A stretch of 64,000 nucleotides of DNA, taken from positions 31,372,001 through 31,436,000 of the forward strand of contig NC_043002.1 in the NCBI RefSeq assembly GCF_006345805.1, given 5' to 3'. This DNA comes from Octopus sinensis (Eukaryota). The notes beneath the pieces are model-generated. The model saw nothing but the letters and a program-made list of their open reading frames with translations. It was not told the DNA's origin and searched no databases. The position numbers and the translations under genes are program-made. This document shows positions 40,216 through 52,640 of this stretch, one piece after another. Numbering within the stretch: the first letter of the stretch is position 1; every line of letters begins with the position of its first letter.

Positions 40216-40454
40216 ACTCTTTACTCTTTTACTCTTTTACTTGTTTCAGTCATTTGACTGCGGCCATGCTGGAGCACCGCCTTTAGTCGAGCAAATCGAC
40301 CCCGGGACTTATTCTTTGTAAGCAGAGTACTTATTCTATCGGTCTCTTTTGCTGAACCGCTAAGTGACGGGGATGTAAACACAGCAGCATCGCTTGTCAA
40401 GCAATGCTAGGGGACAAACACAGACACACAATCACAACACACACACACACACAT

Positions 40455-40491
<37 letters not shown>

Positions 40492-41065
40492 CATATATAT
40501 ATACATATATACGACAGACTTCTTTCAGTTTCCGTCTACCAAATCCACTCACAAGGCATTGGTCGGCCCGGAGCTATAGCAGAAGACACTTGCCCAAGGT
40601 GCCACGCAGTGGGACTGAACCCGCAACCATGTGGTTGGTTAGCAAGCTACTTACCACACAGTCACTCCTGCGTATGTGTGTGTGTATATATATATGTGCA
40701 GGGATGAATTCGTACATGGTTAGATATACGGATGGATAGATATATACAAGAAGAGCTTGACGGGTAAAATTACTAGGTACGAGGAAAGAGATGCATATTG
40801 AAGAGCAGATAGAAAAATGGCTGCATGAATCCATGGATATAATATTATTTTATCTTTAGTTTGTTTCAATCATTACACTGCGGATTGGCTGGAGCATCGC
40901 TTTGAGGAATTTTACGTCGAATGAATTGGCCTCAAACTTGTTTCTATTTTAGGTCTTGGTACTTAATCTATAGGTCTCTTTGCCGAATTACTAAGTTACC
41001 AGTTGTCAAGCGATGTTTGTGTAAGGGGAGGAGACAAAGACGACCACATAGACACTCACACACGC
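40216..41065 (-). mobile_element. SINE group A full copy (40216-40674) and decayed 3' half (40850-41065)
   Basis: Match to the group A reference copy. Confidence 0.88.
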
Positions 41066-41422
41066 GCACACACACACACACATATATATGTGAAAATATA
41101 TTATACACACATATATATCCTTATATATATAGAAAGGGAGCAGTAGACTCCTTATCTCACAGTATACGGACATATATCAAGTGTTGGTATACTGTGTAAA
41201 AGATATTTTCCTGTTGGCGAATAAGCATCAACAGCTACTCCAGACTGATGATAAGCAATGATCCTGAAACTAATCTTTGGTTGCTGGATTTGCTGGGTGG
41301 AAGTGCTTACCTCCCCTTTGAAAACATAAGGACACAGAAAATGTGTCATGGCCAACAGGAAACGGAGTTTCTTAAGGCTAAATAGTAGGAACACTCTTCC
41401 CTTTCATTAATTTGACAATATA

Positions 41423-41642
41423 CGTATTTCTTTACTACCCACAAGGGGCTAAACACAGAGAAGACAAACGGATCAAGTTGATTATATCGACCCCAGTGCG
41501 TAACTGGTACTTATTTAATCGACCCCGAAAGGATGAAAGGCAATGTCGACCTCTGCGGAATTTGAACTCAGAACGTAGCGGCAGACGAAATACCGCTGAA
41601 CATTTTGCCCGGCGTACTAACGATTCTGCCAGCGTGCTGCTA
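41423..41642 (-). mobile_element. SINE group B, long-tail type, near full length
   Basis: Minus strand: A-box-like TGGCAGAATCG, B-box-like GAGTTCAAATTCC, central gcctttcatcctttcggggtcgattaaataagtaccag, tail ttagccccttgtgggtagtaaagaaata. Confidence 0.92.
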
Positions 41643-41676
41643 GTGTATAGATCTCTCTGAGAGATGTTGATATGTA

Positions 41677-41769
<93 letters not shown>

Positions 41770-41953
41770 GTAGGAGTGGCTGTGTGGTAAGTAGCTTGCT
41801 TGCTAGCTAGATGGTTTCGGGTATAGTCCCATTGCGTGACACCTTGGGCAAGTGTCTTCTACTATAGCCTCAGGCCGGCCAAAGCTTAGTCATTGGATTT
41901 GGTAGACGGAAACTGTAAGAAGCCCCTAGTATATGTATACGTGCGTGTATGTA

Positions 41954-41991
<38 letters not shown>

Positions 41992-43145
41992 AGTGTATAT
42001 ATATATATAGAGAGAGAGAGTATAAATATATATATATATATATAGATAGATAGATATACATACATATAAACATATGTATGTATACAAATAAATTATATAT
42101 ATATATGGTTGTTAATCTGTAGTTATAGTTTGATATAAGAATCAACGCATCATACTTAAACTAGATAAATTGTCACTATTGCATTTCTAATGGATATGTA
42201 ATTCTAAAAACAAAAAGCAGGAATATATGAGTAGCAGCTGAAAACCGTCCATTTGTACTGATGACTTTCGTAAACGTGCGATCTGCCTCTTTGCACTTCG
42301 ACAATAAACAAATTATTCTCTGATAACCGCATACTAAAGATAGCCTGTTACTGACCAATGATTGAAAAATTACCGTTAACGCAAGTAGCTGTAGGCTGAA
42401 TAAAAATTTGTGACATGGGTCATAATCCGTGGGAGTTTAAAGTAGCAATCTGTATAATATACTTAAGGGAGATAACTCGTTGAAATCTTAAATAACCACG
42501 GTATTCATCTGTTGATGACGTCATATATACAATTACAGTGATAAAAAAAGAATGAAAGCAACGCACATACTTATCACTAGTGGAAGAAAAATCCCTGGCT
42601 GTGATATGGCATTGCTAAATGCACATATCTGTCTCATTGAAATTTTCCAGTCGCTAATATCCATGGCCAACCGCATATTTATATATATATGTATGTGTGT
42701 GTATATATATATATATAAATATATATATATAGGCGCAGGAGTCGCTGTTTGGTAAGTAGCTTGCTAACCAACCACATGGTTCCGGGTTCAGTCCCACTGC
42801 GTAGCATCTTGGGCACGTTCTTCTGCTATAGCCCCGGGCCGACCAATGCCTTGTGAGTGGATTTGGTAGACGGAAACTGAAAGAAGCCTGACGTATATAT
42901 GTATATATATATATATAAGTGTGTGTGAATATGTTTGGGTGTTTGTGTTTGTTCCCCTAGCATTGCTTGACAACCGATGCTGGTGTGTTTACGTTCCCGT
43001 CACTTAGCGGTTCGGCAAAAGAGATCGATAGAATAAGTACTGGGCTTACAAAGAATAAGTCCCGGGGTCGATTTGCTCGACTAAAGGCGGTGCTCCAGCA
43101 TGGCCGCAGTCAAATGACTGAAACAAGTAAAAAGAGAAAAAGAAA

Positions 43146-43148
<3 letters not shown>
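41770..43148 (+). mobile_element. SINE group A 5' half (41770-41932) and full copy (42731-43148); sequence between them is not SINE
   Basis: Match to the group A reference copy. Confidence 0.9.
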
Positions 43149-43183
<35 letters not shown>

Positions 43184-43261
43184 TTCATGTATACATACAC
43201 ATTAACAACCATATATGCATGTCTCTATAAATGCATAAATACACGCACAACCACACATATG

Positions 43262-43297
<36 letters not shown>

Positions 43298-43811
43298 ATA
43301 TATATCTATATATATATACATACATAGGGAGAGAGAGAGAGAGAAATGGAGAAATGTGGAATGAGAGAGATGAAAATTTGCAGATACAATATCTATGATA
43401 CCCGTTCATCACCTCATGTCTGTTATTGTTTTAGCCTCGTGTCATATAACAACCCGCGTTGACCAAAATATAACTGAACTACGATTTGTATAGAAAAAGC
43501 GTATCTCCTTTATTGATAAGCTACAAATAATCGCGGTCATCATTTGTAAAAAGCTTCATACTATTCACAGGTCGAAGACTTCCAGTAGAGAAAAGAATTT
43601 CTTTTTCTTCACAAGCTTGCCTGCGGGAATGTGGCCAGTTACAGATAAACTAAAAATTAAGAGAAAGAGAATACATACATACATTTATACATACATACCC
43701 ACATACACAAATACCTACCTACCTACCTACATACATACATACATACATACATACATACATACATACATACATACATACATACAGACATACATGATACATA
43801 CATACATACAT

Positions 43812-44358
43812 GTCCTAGTGAAGACCTCAATAAAATGTAAGTAAAATAGACCTGACATAGTGATTTGGGATAGGGAAGAGAAACTGTGCACAGTTGAGGA
43901 AATTAGCTGTCCAGCGGATGTTAACATGAAGCTGAAGATCAATGAAAAAGAGAGCGTCTATGCTGAACTATTAAGAAATCTGCAGTTACTCTATCCATAT
44001 TTCGAGTTCATGCCTATACCTGTAATTATTGGGAATTATTCGGAAATTAAGCTTCTCAAAACCAGAAAGGGGAAAGTTAATTCGAAGACTACAGATCCAA
44101 TCCATCACTGGAACCATAAAAATCTGTAAAACTTTCCAGAAGTTTATCATTTAAGTATATACTGAGCATGTCCAGATAAACAACGATATGCATGAGATTA
44201 CATATATAAAGCACAACATACAAATCTGCACATATACATACAGACATACAAAAATATCGTTGTTGATGTTGAAATTCCTATGAAGGAGCCTTGGATCTTG
44301 GTTAGAAACTGACTCTTTCTCTCTTGGCAAGAAATCTTGAAATAAAACTGAACAATGA
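43812..44358 (+). mobile_element. 5'-truncated RLE-type non-LTR retrotransposon fragment within (TACA)n
   Basis: VLVKTSIKCK*NRPDIVIWDREEKLCTVEEISCPADVNMKLKINEKESVYAELL..PIPVIIG: PD..E..K-type endonuclease. (TACA)n lies upstream to 43811 and again from 44359. Confidence 0.85.
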
Positions 44359-44754
44359 CATACATACATACGTAAACCAGTTGCTGGAAATTTATTGTGC
44401 ATCACTCTGTTGCTATCCGAATGGAACTTAATCATCTGTCATTCGTTTTAGGGGCCTTTTGGATTAGTTGATGCTTTTCTCATCAGTAACGAACCGGCTA
44501 TGACTGTAAACGTAATTAACTTCATTAAGTAACCATTTGGCATGAGTTAAACGGTTTTTCAGTGTCATAGATATGAACTATCCCCTCCTCAGTACATACG
44601 ACTTATATAGAATGTCTTTATGCAACAAAGTTTTGATAGCACACTCCTGCACCAGAAGTTCTTTGACGATATATTTCATTGATTTACTGGATCATTATCG
44701 ATAAATTTTCAACCAGTTCAATGTATTGCGGCATTCTTACAGCATTTTTATGAT

Positions 44755-45009
44755 TTGTTTTTTATCTTTCAGTTGTTTCAGTCAATCGACTGCGGCCATG
44801 CTGGGGCACCAACTTGAAGGGCTTTTAGTGAAACAAATCAATAGTATTTATTCTATCAGTTTCTTTAGCCGAACCACAAAGTTAGAGACGTATACACACC
44901 ATCACCATCGTGTGGTGGTGACAGTGAATCAGACACAGAGACACACACACACACACACACATAGATATATGCATCTCTCTATATATAAAAGGCAGTTTGT
45001 CTGTCAGTG

Positions 45010-45040
<31 letters not shown>

Positions 45041-46398
45041 GTGTCTGTCAGGTTGTACCCTCACCCTGACCACAGCTTTCAACCGATTCTGATGTACCTT
45101 GACACACACATAGCCCAATGTCATAATTCAAAACTAACGCAGCGAAAATTTTGAAAAGTTCCCCCAGTTCTGAAAAATATCGATAAATTCGACATGAGGT
45201 CGAGAATCTAAGCTTATCATATGCAACACATTTTCCGTTGTAGTTTTCGCAACTTGCAATCGATTTTCACCAAACTCATGGTGAAGCTTAATGTTACCCT
45301 AAGGAACTTAATTCTGACGTTAGTTTTTAATGCAATACCTTACCATCAGAAAAAATCGATAAAATCATGCCATTTTGGGAAATCGCGTTCAAATTCAAGA
45401 TGACATATTTTCGACAATATCTTTAACAAATTCGCAGGAATCTTTTTTGAAATTCACAGCGAGCATCATGTCTGCGCCAAGGAGCTATATGGCCATCTTG
45501 ATTCCAATAGGATACGTTACTACTGGAAAAAAATCGGTTAATTAGATCATATGTGGCACACATAGCAAACCGATTTTTCTGCGATATTTTTTGAAAGTTC
45601 ACATAGATTTTCCCTACACCAATGTTGGACATCAAGTTTGCATTAAATGTTAAACTAACGAGCTTTTGACAATGCAGTTAACAAGTATTGGGAGAAATCG
45701 ACAAAACCATATCACTTTGAGACCGACCATGCGAACCCTACAAAACTGACTTTTGTTAAATAGTTGGCGGATTTCAGGCACACATGCGCCTTCGTTCCCT
45801 AGAGGGAAAGGACTAGATCGGAATTAGTCATTGCCTACTAGAGGCTCCCGAGCCCCCTTTCGCTAGACTTAAGTTAGAATTAGGTAGGGCTTAGATGTGG
45901 TCCGAACCCAACCTGGGTTCGGGGTGGGGCGTGTTAAAAGGGCTGACATGTGCAACTTTATCACCTCTGCCGGTCAAACTCCCAACACATGCGTTCCCGT
46001 CGCGACACTGATCCCACGGAACTGGGTTGGGTGTGCTAAACAAAACCAGAAAATGCACTTTGACTGTCATAGATTTTCTTCATGCATGCAAGGGAACGGT
46101 GCCTTGAATGCCTTAATGCCTTTTAGGCTTCATTTTACAAAATAATGGTTCAATGAGTACAAAAAAGGGTAAAAGGTAAAGGGCATTGCTTATCGACAAA
46201 GTTTCTTACATACCCGGGCAACGCCGGGCTGTGCTGCTAGTATACATATATACAACGAGCTGCTTTCAGTTTCCGTCAACGAAATCCACTCACAAGGTTT
46301 TTGTCGGCTCGAGGATCTTGTCGTCTCGCAATTGGACTGAATCCAGAACTATGTAGTTGCAAATTAAGTTTGTTACCACACAGCTACACCTGCGCCAA
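44755..46398 (-). mobile_element. SINE group A copy split by a Helitron (3' half 44755-44960; 5' half 46252-46398)
   Basis: The two halves are collinear on either side of 44974-46240. Confidence 0.8.
44974..46240 (+). mobile_element. Non-autonomous Helitron, 1267 bp
   Basis: 5' a|TCtctctatatataaaagg; 3' hairpin cccgg-gcaacg-ccggg (46213-46228) then CTAG|t; A^T insertion site, no TSD, no transposase ORF. Confidence 0.9.
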
Positions 46399-46822
46399 TA
46401 TCTGAACATTTAAAACTTTTTTCTTTTCTTCACTTTGATGCAATTGAAGCATTCCCGCCAGAGTTATTCAATTCCATTCGAACTTTGTGCCCAAATTGCA
46501 AATTTAAATATGTCGGCAATGTCAAAAAGAGCCTTTTTCCTCTAACCAGGTTTTCTTCACGAATGGTTTCTTCACAGATGATAAAAATGACAGCATGGAT
46601 TTTAAATCTTTGTGTTAATATATTATCTGCTATGGGGGACCTGAAAGACATAAAGCCTTAGCATTGATTTGAAGTAATATGCAAATGATTAAGTGTCCTT
46701 AAATATTTCCAGCACTCTATGATCACACACGCACGTGCCCGAACACACACAGCGCGCGCGCACGTACACACACACGCACGCAAACACACAGACACACACA
46801 CACACACAGACACACACACACG

Positions 46823-46862
<40 letters not shown>

Positions 46863-47061
46863 ACACACACACACACACACACGATTGAGGCTGTTATTTT
46901 AAAGGAAGCCTAAAAATTATGAGTAAACGATTTCTGATGAGAAGGCTCAGTACTAAGTCGAATGACAGAATATTATTTAATTCTTATCGACTGAGAAATT
47001 TCTGTCCATGGTAACTGGAGTGAATTTGCCTTTAAAAATTAATATATGTCACAAAAAGTGG

Positions 47062-47285
47062 AGGCGCGTCGCTTAGTGGTTAGAGTGTCAGCACCGTGAT
47101 CGTAAGATTGTGGTTTCAATTCCTGGACCGGGCGACGTGTTGTGTTCTTGCTCCAGTCCAATCAGCGGGCAAAAATGAGAAGCGCTGCGATGGACTGGCG
47201 TCTCATCCAGCTGGGGAACACATACGCCTTAGAAACCGGGAAACCGGGCCCATGAGCCTAGCTAGGCTTTTAAACGGCGCATTTA
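47062..47285 (+). mobile_element. SINE group C (tRNA-derived head)
   Basis: gcttagtggttag (A-box-like), ggtttcaattcc (B-box-like), gtgttgtgttcttg, ctccagtcca..ggcaaaaatgag, gcgatggactggcgtctcatccag. Confidence 0.85.
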
Positions 47286-47643
47286 TTATTTCCTTTTATA
47301 TGTCGCTAACATATTTTAATTAATATCAAGTTCATATACATACATATGCATACATACAAGAAGGTGTTCAAAATGTTCCTGGTTTTAAGAGTATCGGGAA
47401 AGGCTTTGCTGGAAGCTCAACGTTCCGATTTCTTTTACGGGGATTACAAAAATCTCATCGACCGCTGTAATGAGTGCGTGAATCTGAAAAGGGAATATTT
47501 TGACTGATTCTTTTGTATTTTCTTTTACTCAAAGACGGGATCGCTTCAACATCTTGCCTTTAGATAGGTAGATTGATACATAGATATTAATACACACACA
47601 CGCACGTACATACATACGTATATATATATTTATATAGTGAGAG

Positions 47644-47688
<45 letters not shown>

Positions 47689-47815
47689 CATGCAAACGCA
47701 GATACAAACACATATATATAGCTTACTCGTATGCCATCAGATATGTGTGTGTACGTATGTATGTATGTATGTATGTATGTATGTATGCATGTATGTATGT
47801 ATGTATGTATGTATG

Positions 47816-47848
<33 letters not shown>

Positions 47849-48499
47849 TATATTATATATATACTATATATTGTATATATATATATATAATAGATGCATA
47901 TACATACACACATACAAACATACATGTATACGTAGATAATAAAAGAAACATATATGCATACATATATGGTAAATATATATATACAAGTATGCAAATTCTC
48001 GTAGGATATCCTCTGCTCAACGAATATATAATGCAAACTAACATGCTTGAGGTGATGAACTGAGAAAAATTTATAATTAATTCTAATTACATTTCAAGTG
48101 AAAAAGACACCCAAGACTCACCACCTCGCATTCATTTTATCATTAAATTAATTTTTGGTTGATCGAATTTCCATGTGTTTTTTCTTTGCGCCAACCTCTC
48201 CCACCGCTCCGAGCAGGTTCTCCCAAAGAAATTTTAGAAAATGGACCAATATCCCTCTCACTCTTCCAGAATTACGTGTAGGAGCCCCTCTCTTTCAAAA
48301 TCAAAGCATAAAATAAGTAAATAACCTTAAATACGTATTAAATTTTTTCAAGGAATATTTCATAATATAAGAATTTCAGTTGTAGTTCTCTGTAGTAGAT
48401 ACTTCATTGTTTGATTATAGATGTTGACTAATCTCAGTCATGTGAAGTTTCAATAGCTTATTCTCAGTTCGGCAACATGACGAGAGGATGATATATTGT

Positions 48500-49610
48500 T
48501 TCTACTCTAAGCACAAGGCCTGAAATTTTGGGGGTGGAAGCCAGTCGATTAGATCGACCCAAGTTCGTAAGTGGTGCATAATTTATGGACCCCGTAAGGA
48601 TGAAAGGCAAAGTCGACCTTGGCGGAATTTCGTCCGGCGTGCTTAAGTTTCTTATTTTTTATTACCCACAAAGGGCTAAACATATAGGGGACAAACAAGG
48701 ACAGACAAACGGATTAAGTCGATTACATCAATCCCAGTGCGAAACTAGTACTTAATTTAGCAACCCCGAAAGGATGACAGGCAAAGTCGACCTCGGCGGA
48801 AATTGAACTCAAAACGTAACGGCAGACGAAATACCTATTTCTTTACTACCCACAAGGGGCTAAAGACAGAGGGGACAAACAAGGACAGACAAACGGATTA
48901 AGTCGATTATATCGACGCCAGTGCGTAACTGGTACTTATTTAATCGACCCCGAAAAGATGAAAGGCAAAGTCGACCTTGGCGGAATTTGAACTCAGAACG
49001 TAGCGGCAGACGAAATGCCACTAAGCACTTCGCCCGGCGCGCTAACGTTTGTGCTAGCTCGCCACCTACGAAGATGATATATTATGAAAAAAAGATATAT
49101 TTAAACAACTAATGAATCCGACTTACCTCCATTCATTAACGTTTTGAAATATTTTGAAATGCTTGATTCACAATTCAAGCTTTCTAAATCTATAACTTTC
49201 ATTTGAGATATATTGCTTTGTTATTAGTTAAATTTGGTAGACAACAGAACTGATCCTGAAACAACATGCTGTTTATATAGCGGTTTCCAATTTTGACACA
49301 AGGCTAGCAATATCGGATGAGGGGCAACATCGATTTAAACGATTCCAGTATAGAATTGGTAGGTATTTTATTGACACCGAAAGGATGAAAAGCAAAGTCG
49401 ATCTCATTGAAATTTGAATTCAAAGAGTTAGGACGGACGAACTGCCGCTAAGCATTGTGATCGGCGTATTGACGATTCTGCTAGCTCGCCACCTATTTCA
49501 GTGACTTAATACTGATTTAAAATTTTGCCAGAAGACCAGAAAATTCAGGGTAGGCGATAAGTCGATTACATCGATCTCAGTGTTACACTGATACTTATTT
49601 CATCGACCCA
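48500..49610 (-). mobile_element. Cluster of five SINE group B copies, including nested/tandem long-tail copies
   Basis: Copies at ~48500-48640, 48645-48834, 48835-49068, 49282-49493 and 49515-49610. Confidence 0.9.
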
Positions 49611-49619
49611 CATTGCTAG

Positions 49620-50096
49620 ATGATTATTATCATCATATTACTCCTCCTCTCCTCCTCACCATCATCATCTTCCCCTCCTCCCCTCCTCCTCCTCATCATC
49701 ATCATCATCTTCCTACTCCAATTCATCATCATCATCTTCCTGCTTCTCCCTTTACTCTTCTTCTTCCTCCTCCTCATATTCGTCTTCGTCCTCCTCCTCC
49801 TCCTCTTCTTCTTCTTCTTCTTCTACTTATTTCTCTTCCTCTTCTCTTTTTTCTTCTTCTCCTTCTTTTTCTTCCTCTTCTTCTTCCACTTCTTCATTTT
49901 CTTCTTCCTCCTCCTCATATTTTTCCTTATCTTCTTCTTCCTCAGTTTTTCTTCTATTTCTTCTTCTTCCTCAGCTTCTTCTTCTTCTTCTTCTTCTTCT
50001 TCTTCTTCTTCTTCTTCTTCTTCTTCTTCTTCTTCTTCTCTTCTTCTTCTTCTTCTTCTTCTTCTTCTTCTTCTTCTTCTTCTTCTTCTTCTTCAG
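49620..50096. repeat. Pyrimidine-rich compound (CAT/CCT/CTT)n microsatellite
   Basis: Direct reading. Confidence 0.95.
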
Positions 50097-51113
50097 TTTT
50101 TTTTTTCAAGATATATTAGTAATTGATAATTAATTAATTCAAAAGGGATTTTTAGAGAAGAGTAACGAAGACATTGCCAAAATACTATGTACGCACGACA
50201 TGAACACAAAACTCCTAATTGATTAATTGAAAGAAGGAACACATTCTTACATGCACACAATCGAAGTGCAATCTGGCAGTTAAATTTTGTAAGCACTCTT
50301 TGTGAATGGTAAAATTATGTTGTATATTTGACAATCAAGTTTTTAAAATTAATATTTAAAATATCCATACACACATACATATATATAAATATTATGAGAA
50401 ATATATATATGACAACCATCGACAATATTTTCGTCAATTAAATTTCAATCATAAAGCATTGATGAACATCCTAGCTGTAAGAGAAGGCTGTGGCTTATAT
50501 TGCCATGCAGGGGACTTGAACGCTACTATACAGTTGGCTTCCAAACGTACAACTCAAAAAACAGCCACGTGTTTCTATCATATAAATGGATACACACACA
50601 ACTCACAAACAAACATACACACACACATATAGAAGGTAAAAAGTGAAGATAGGAAAGCGTTTTGAACTTGAAAGATTCAACAAAACCTTTATAATATAGG
50701 TACAAAGGCCCCCTCCTCCGAAAAAATATATCTAGTTATTCTTTCTCTTGAGAACGGGCCTCTGCGCCTGAAATATAAAGGCTTTGTTAAATTTTCTGCA
50801 TTGTCAGAATCTTTCTTATTCTCCCTTTTCTTCGATATTAAAATTCTTCATGCAAAGTACAACGCCCATATACATATACATATATATATATAATATATAG
50901 TATATATATATATAGTTAGATAGATAGATATATAGAGAAAGACAGAGAGACGGAGATAGAGAGATAGATAGATAATGGTATACATATTATTTACGTATAT
51001 ATATATATATAGATATATATATACGTGCTTACACACATTTATATATGAACATATTTATATGTATACACGCACATATATATTTGCTTATACATATATATTT
51101 ATATTTATTCACA

Positions 51114-51151
<38 letters not shown>

Positions 51152-51428
51152 TTTGTTAAGATATTAATGCCGCCATTAACGCTCCCTCCTGATAATAAAC
51201 TGTGAATCAGCTCCCTCATCCTATTTCTCAATTAATCAACAACAACTTCAACAGATTTATTAGTTTTCCTAAGATAAACAGATAGATGTATTGCATTTAC
51301 TTATCGCTTATGATGCTGTCACGTGATTACAGACAATATGTTGTATCCTGATAAATGCATGCAGTCATGCTAGCTGATATATTCACATTAACACTTATAT
51401 CAATGTGCATTCATATATATGTATGTAG

Positions 51429-51476
<48 letters not shown>

Positions 51477-51489
51477 CATAAGTATAGAT

Positions 51490-51538
<49 letters not shown>

Positions 51539-51774
51539 TATAGTATATCGCATTACAAACACAGATATTCATATGTGTTTGAGTATATACATATATAAAG
51601 TGTATATATCTGTATCTAATGGGTTTTCTAGCATATATTAGATGTTGAGATATCTATATCGAATATATACATGCATATATATATATTATAATATATGTAT
51701 ATATATATATATAATATATATATATATATAATATATATATATATTATATATATATAGATAGATAGAATAGATAG

Positions 51775-51871
<97 letters not shown>

Positions 51872-52039
51872 ATATGTATGCATGTATGTATATATGGAGA
51901 CACAAACAGAAATATGCAGACACACACAGGTAGCTATTCCGTATAAATGTAACCATAGACACATTCACAGGCATACACTATGACATGCATGTGCATACTG
52001 CATGCACGTATATCTATATCCTTATGTTGTACATATATT

Positions 52040-52382
52040 CTTTTATTCTTTTAAGTGTTTCAGTCATTTGATTAACGCCATGCTGGAGCACCGCCTTTAG
52101 ATGATCAAATCGACCCAGAACTTGTTCTTTGTAATCCTAGTAATTATTCTATCCGTCTCTTTTCGCTGAACGCATAAAAATCGGTTGTCATATACATATA
52201 CAAACATATACATATACATACATATATACGATGCACTTCTTTCAGTTTCCGTCTACCAAATACAATCACTAGGCTTTGGTCGGCCCGAGGGTATAGCAGA
52301 TAAAACTTGGCCAATGTGCCACGCAGTGGGACTGAACCCTGAACCTTGTAGCTTCTTACCACACAACTACGCTTGTGCCTAT
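52040..52382 (-). mobile_element. SINE group A, decayed with internal deletions
   Basis: Match to the group A reference copy. Confidence 0.85.
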
Positions 52383-52389
52383 ATATATA

Positions 52390-52640
52390 TGAAAGAAAAC
52401 AAAAAGTGGAACAAGAACGTAACAGGCGACAACAAAACATCCACACAGACGATACCAAAAAGGAAAGAAAAGCAAGGACGGATCATTCGGAGTTTTATAT
52501 CTTCAGTTAACTTCCAGATTTTCTCAGCCAGTTACACACGAGACTGCTCCAACTTGGCCGGCCCCAAGAAAATCTAAGCTAAGTGTACTAGATTCCTTGG
52601 AAGAAAGCAAGCGTATATATACGAAATCAAGGACTAAAAT
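52390..52640 (-). mobile_element. Possible third pLTR-like element with an eroded hammerhead core
   Basis: Minus strand CTGAAGA..ctcCGAATgatcc then pyrimidine tract with ttgttccac, ending in (TA)n; stem II not intact. Confidence 0.35.

Noticed and set aside
50741-50782. cttgagaacgggcctctgcgcctgaaa, hammerhead-like
   Set aside because: The core does not fit CUGANGA and stems I and III are unconvincing.
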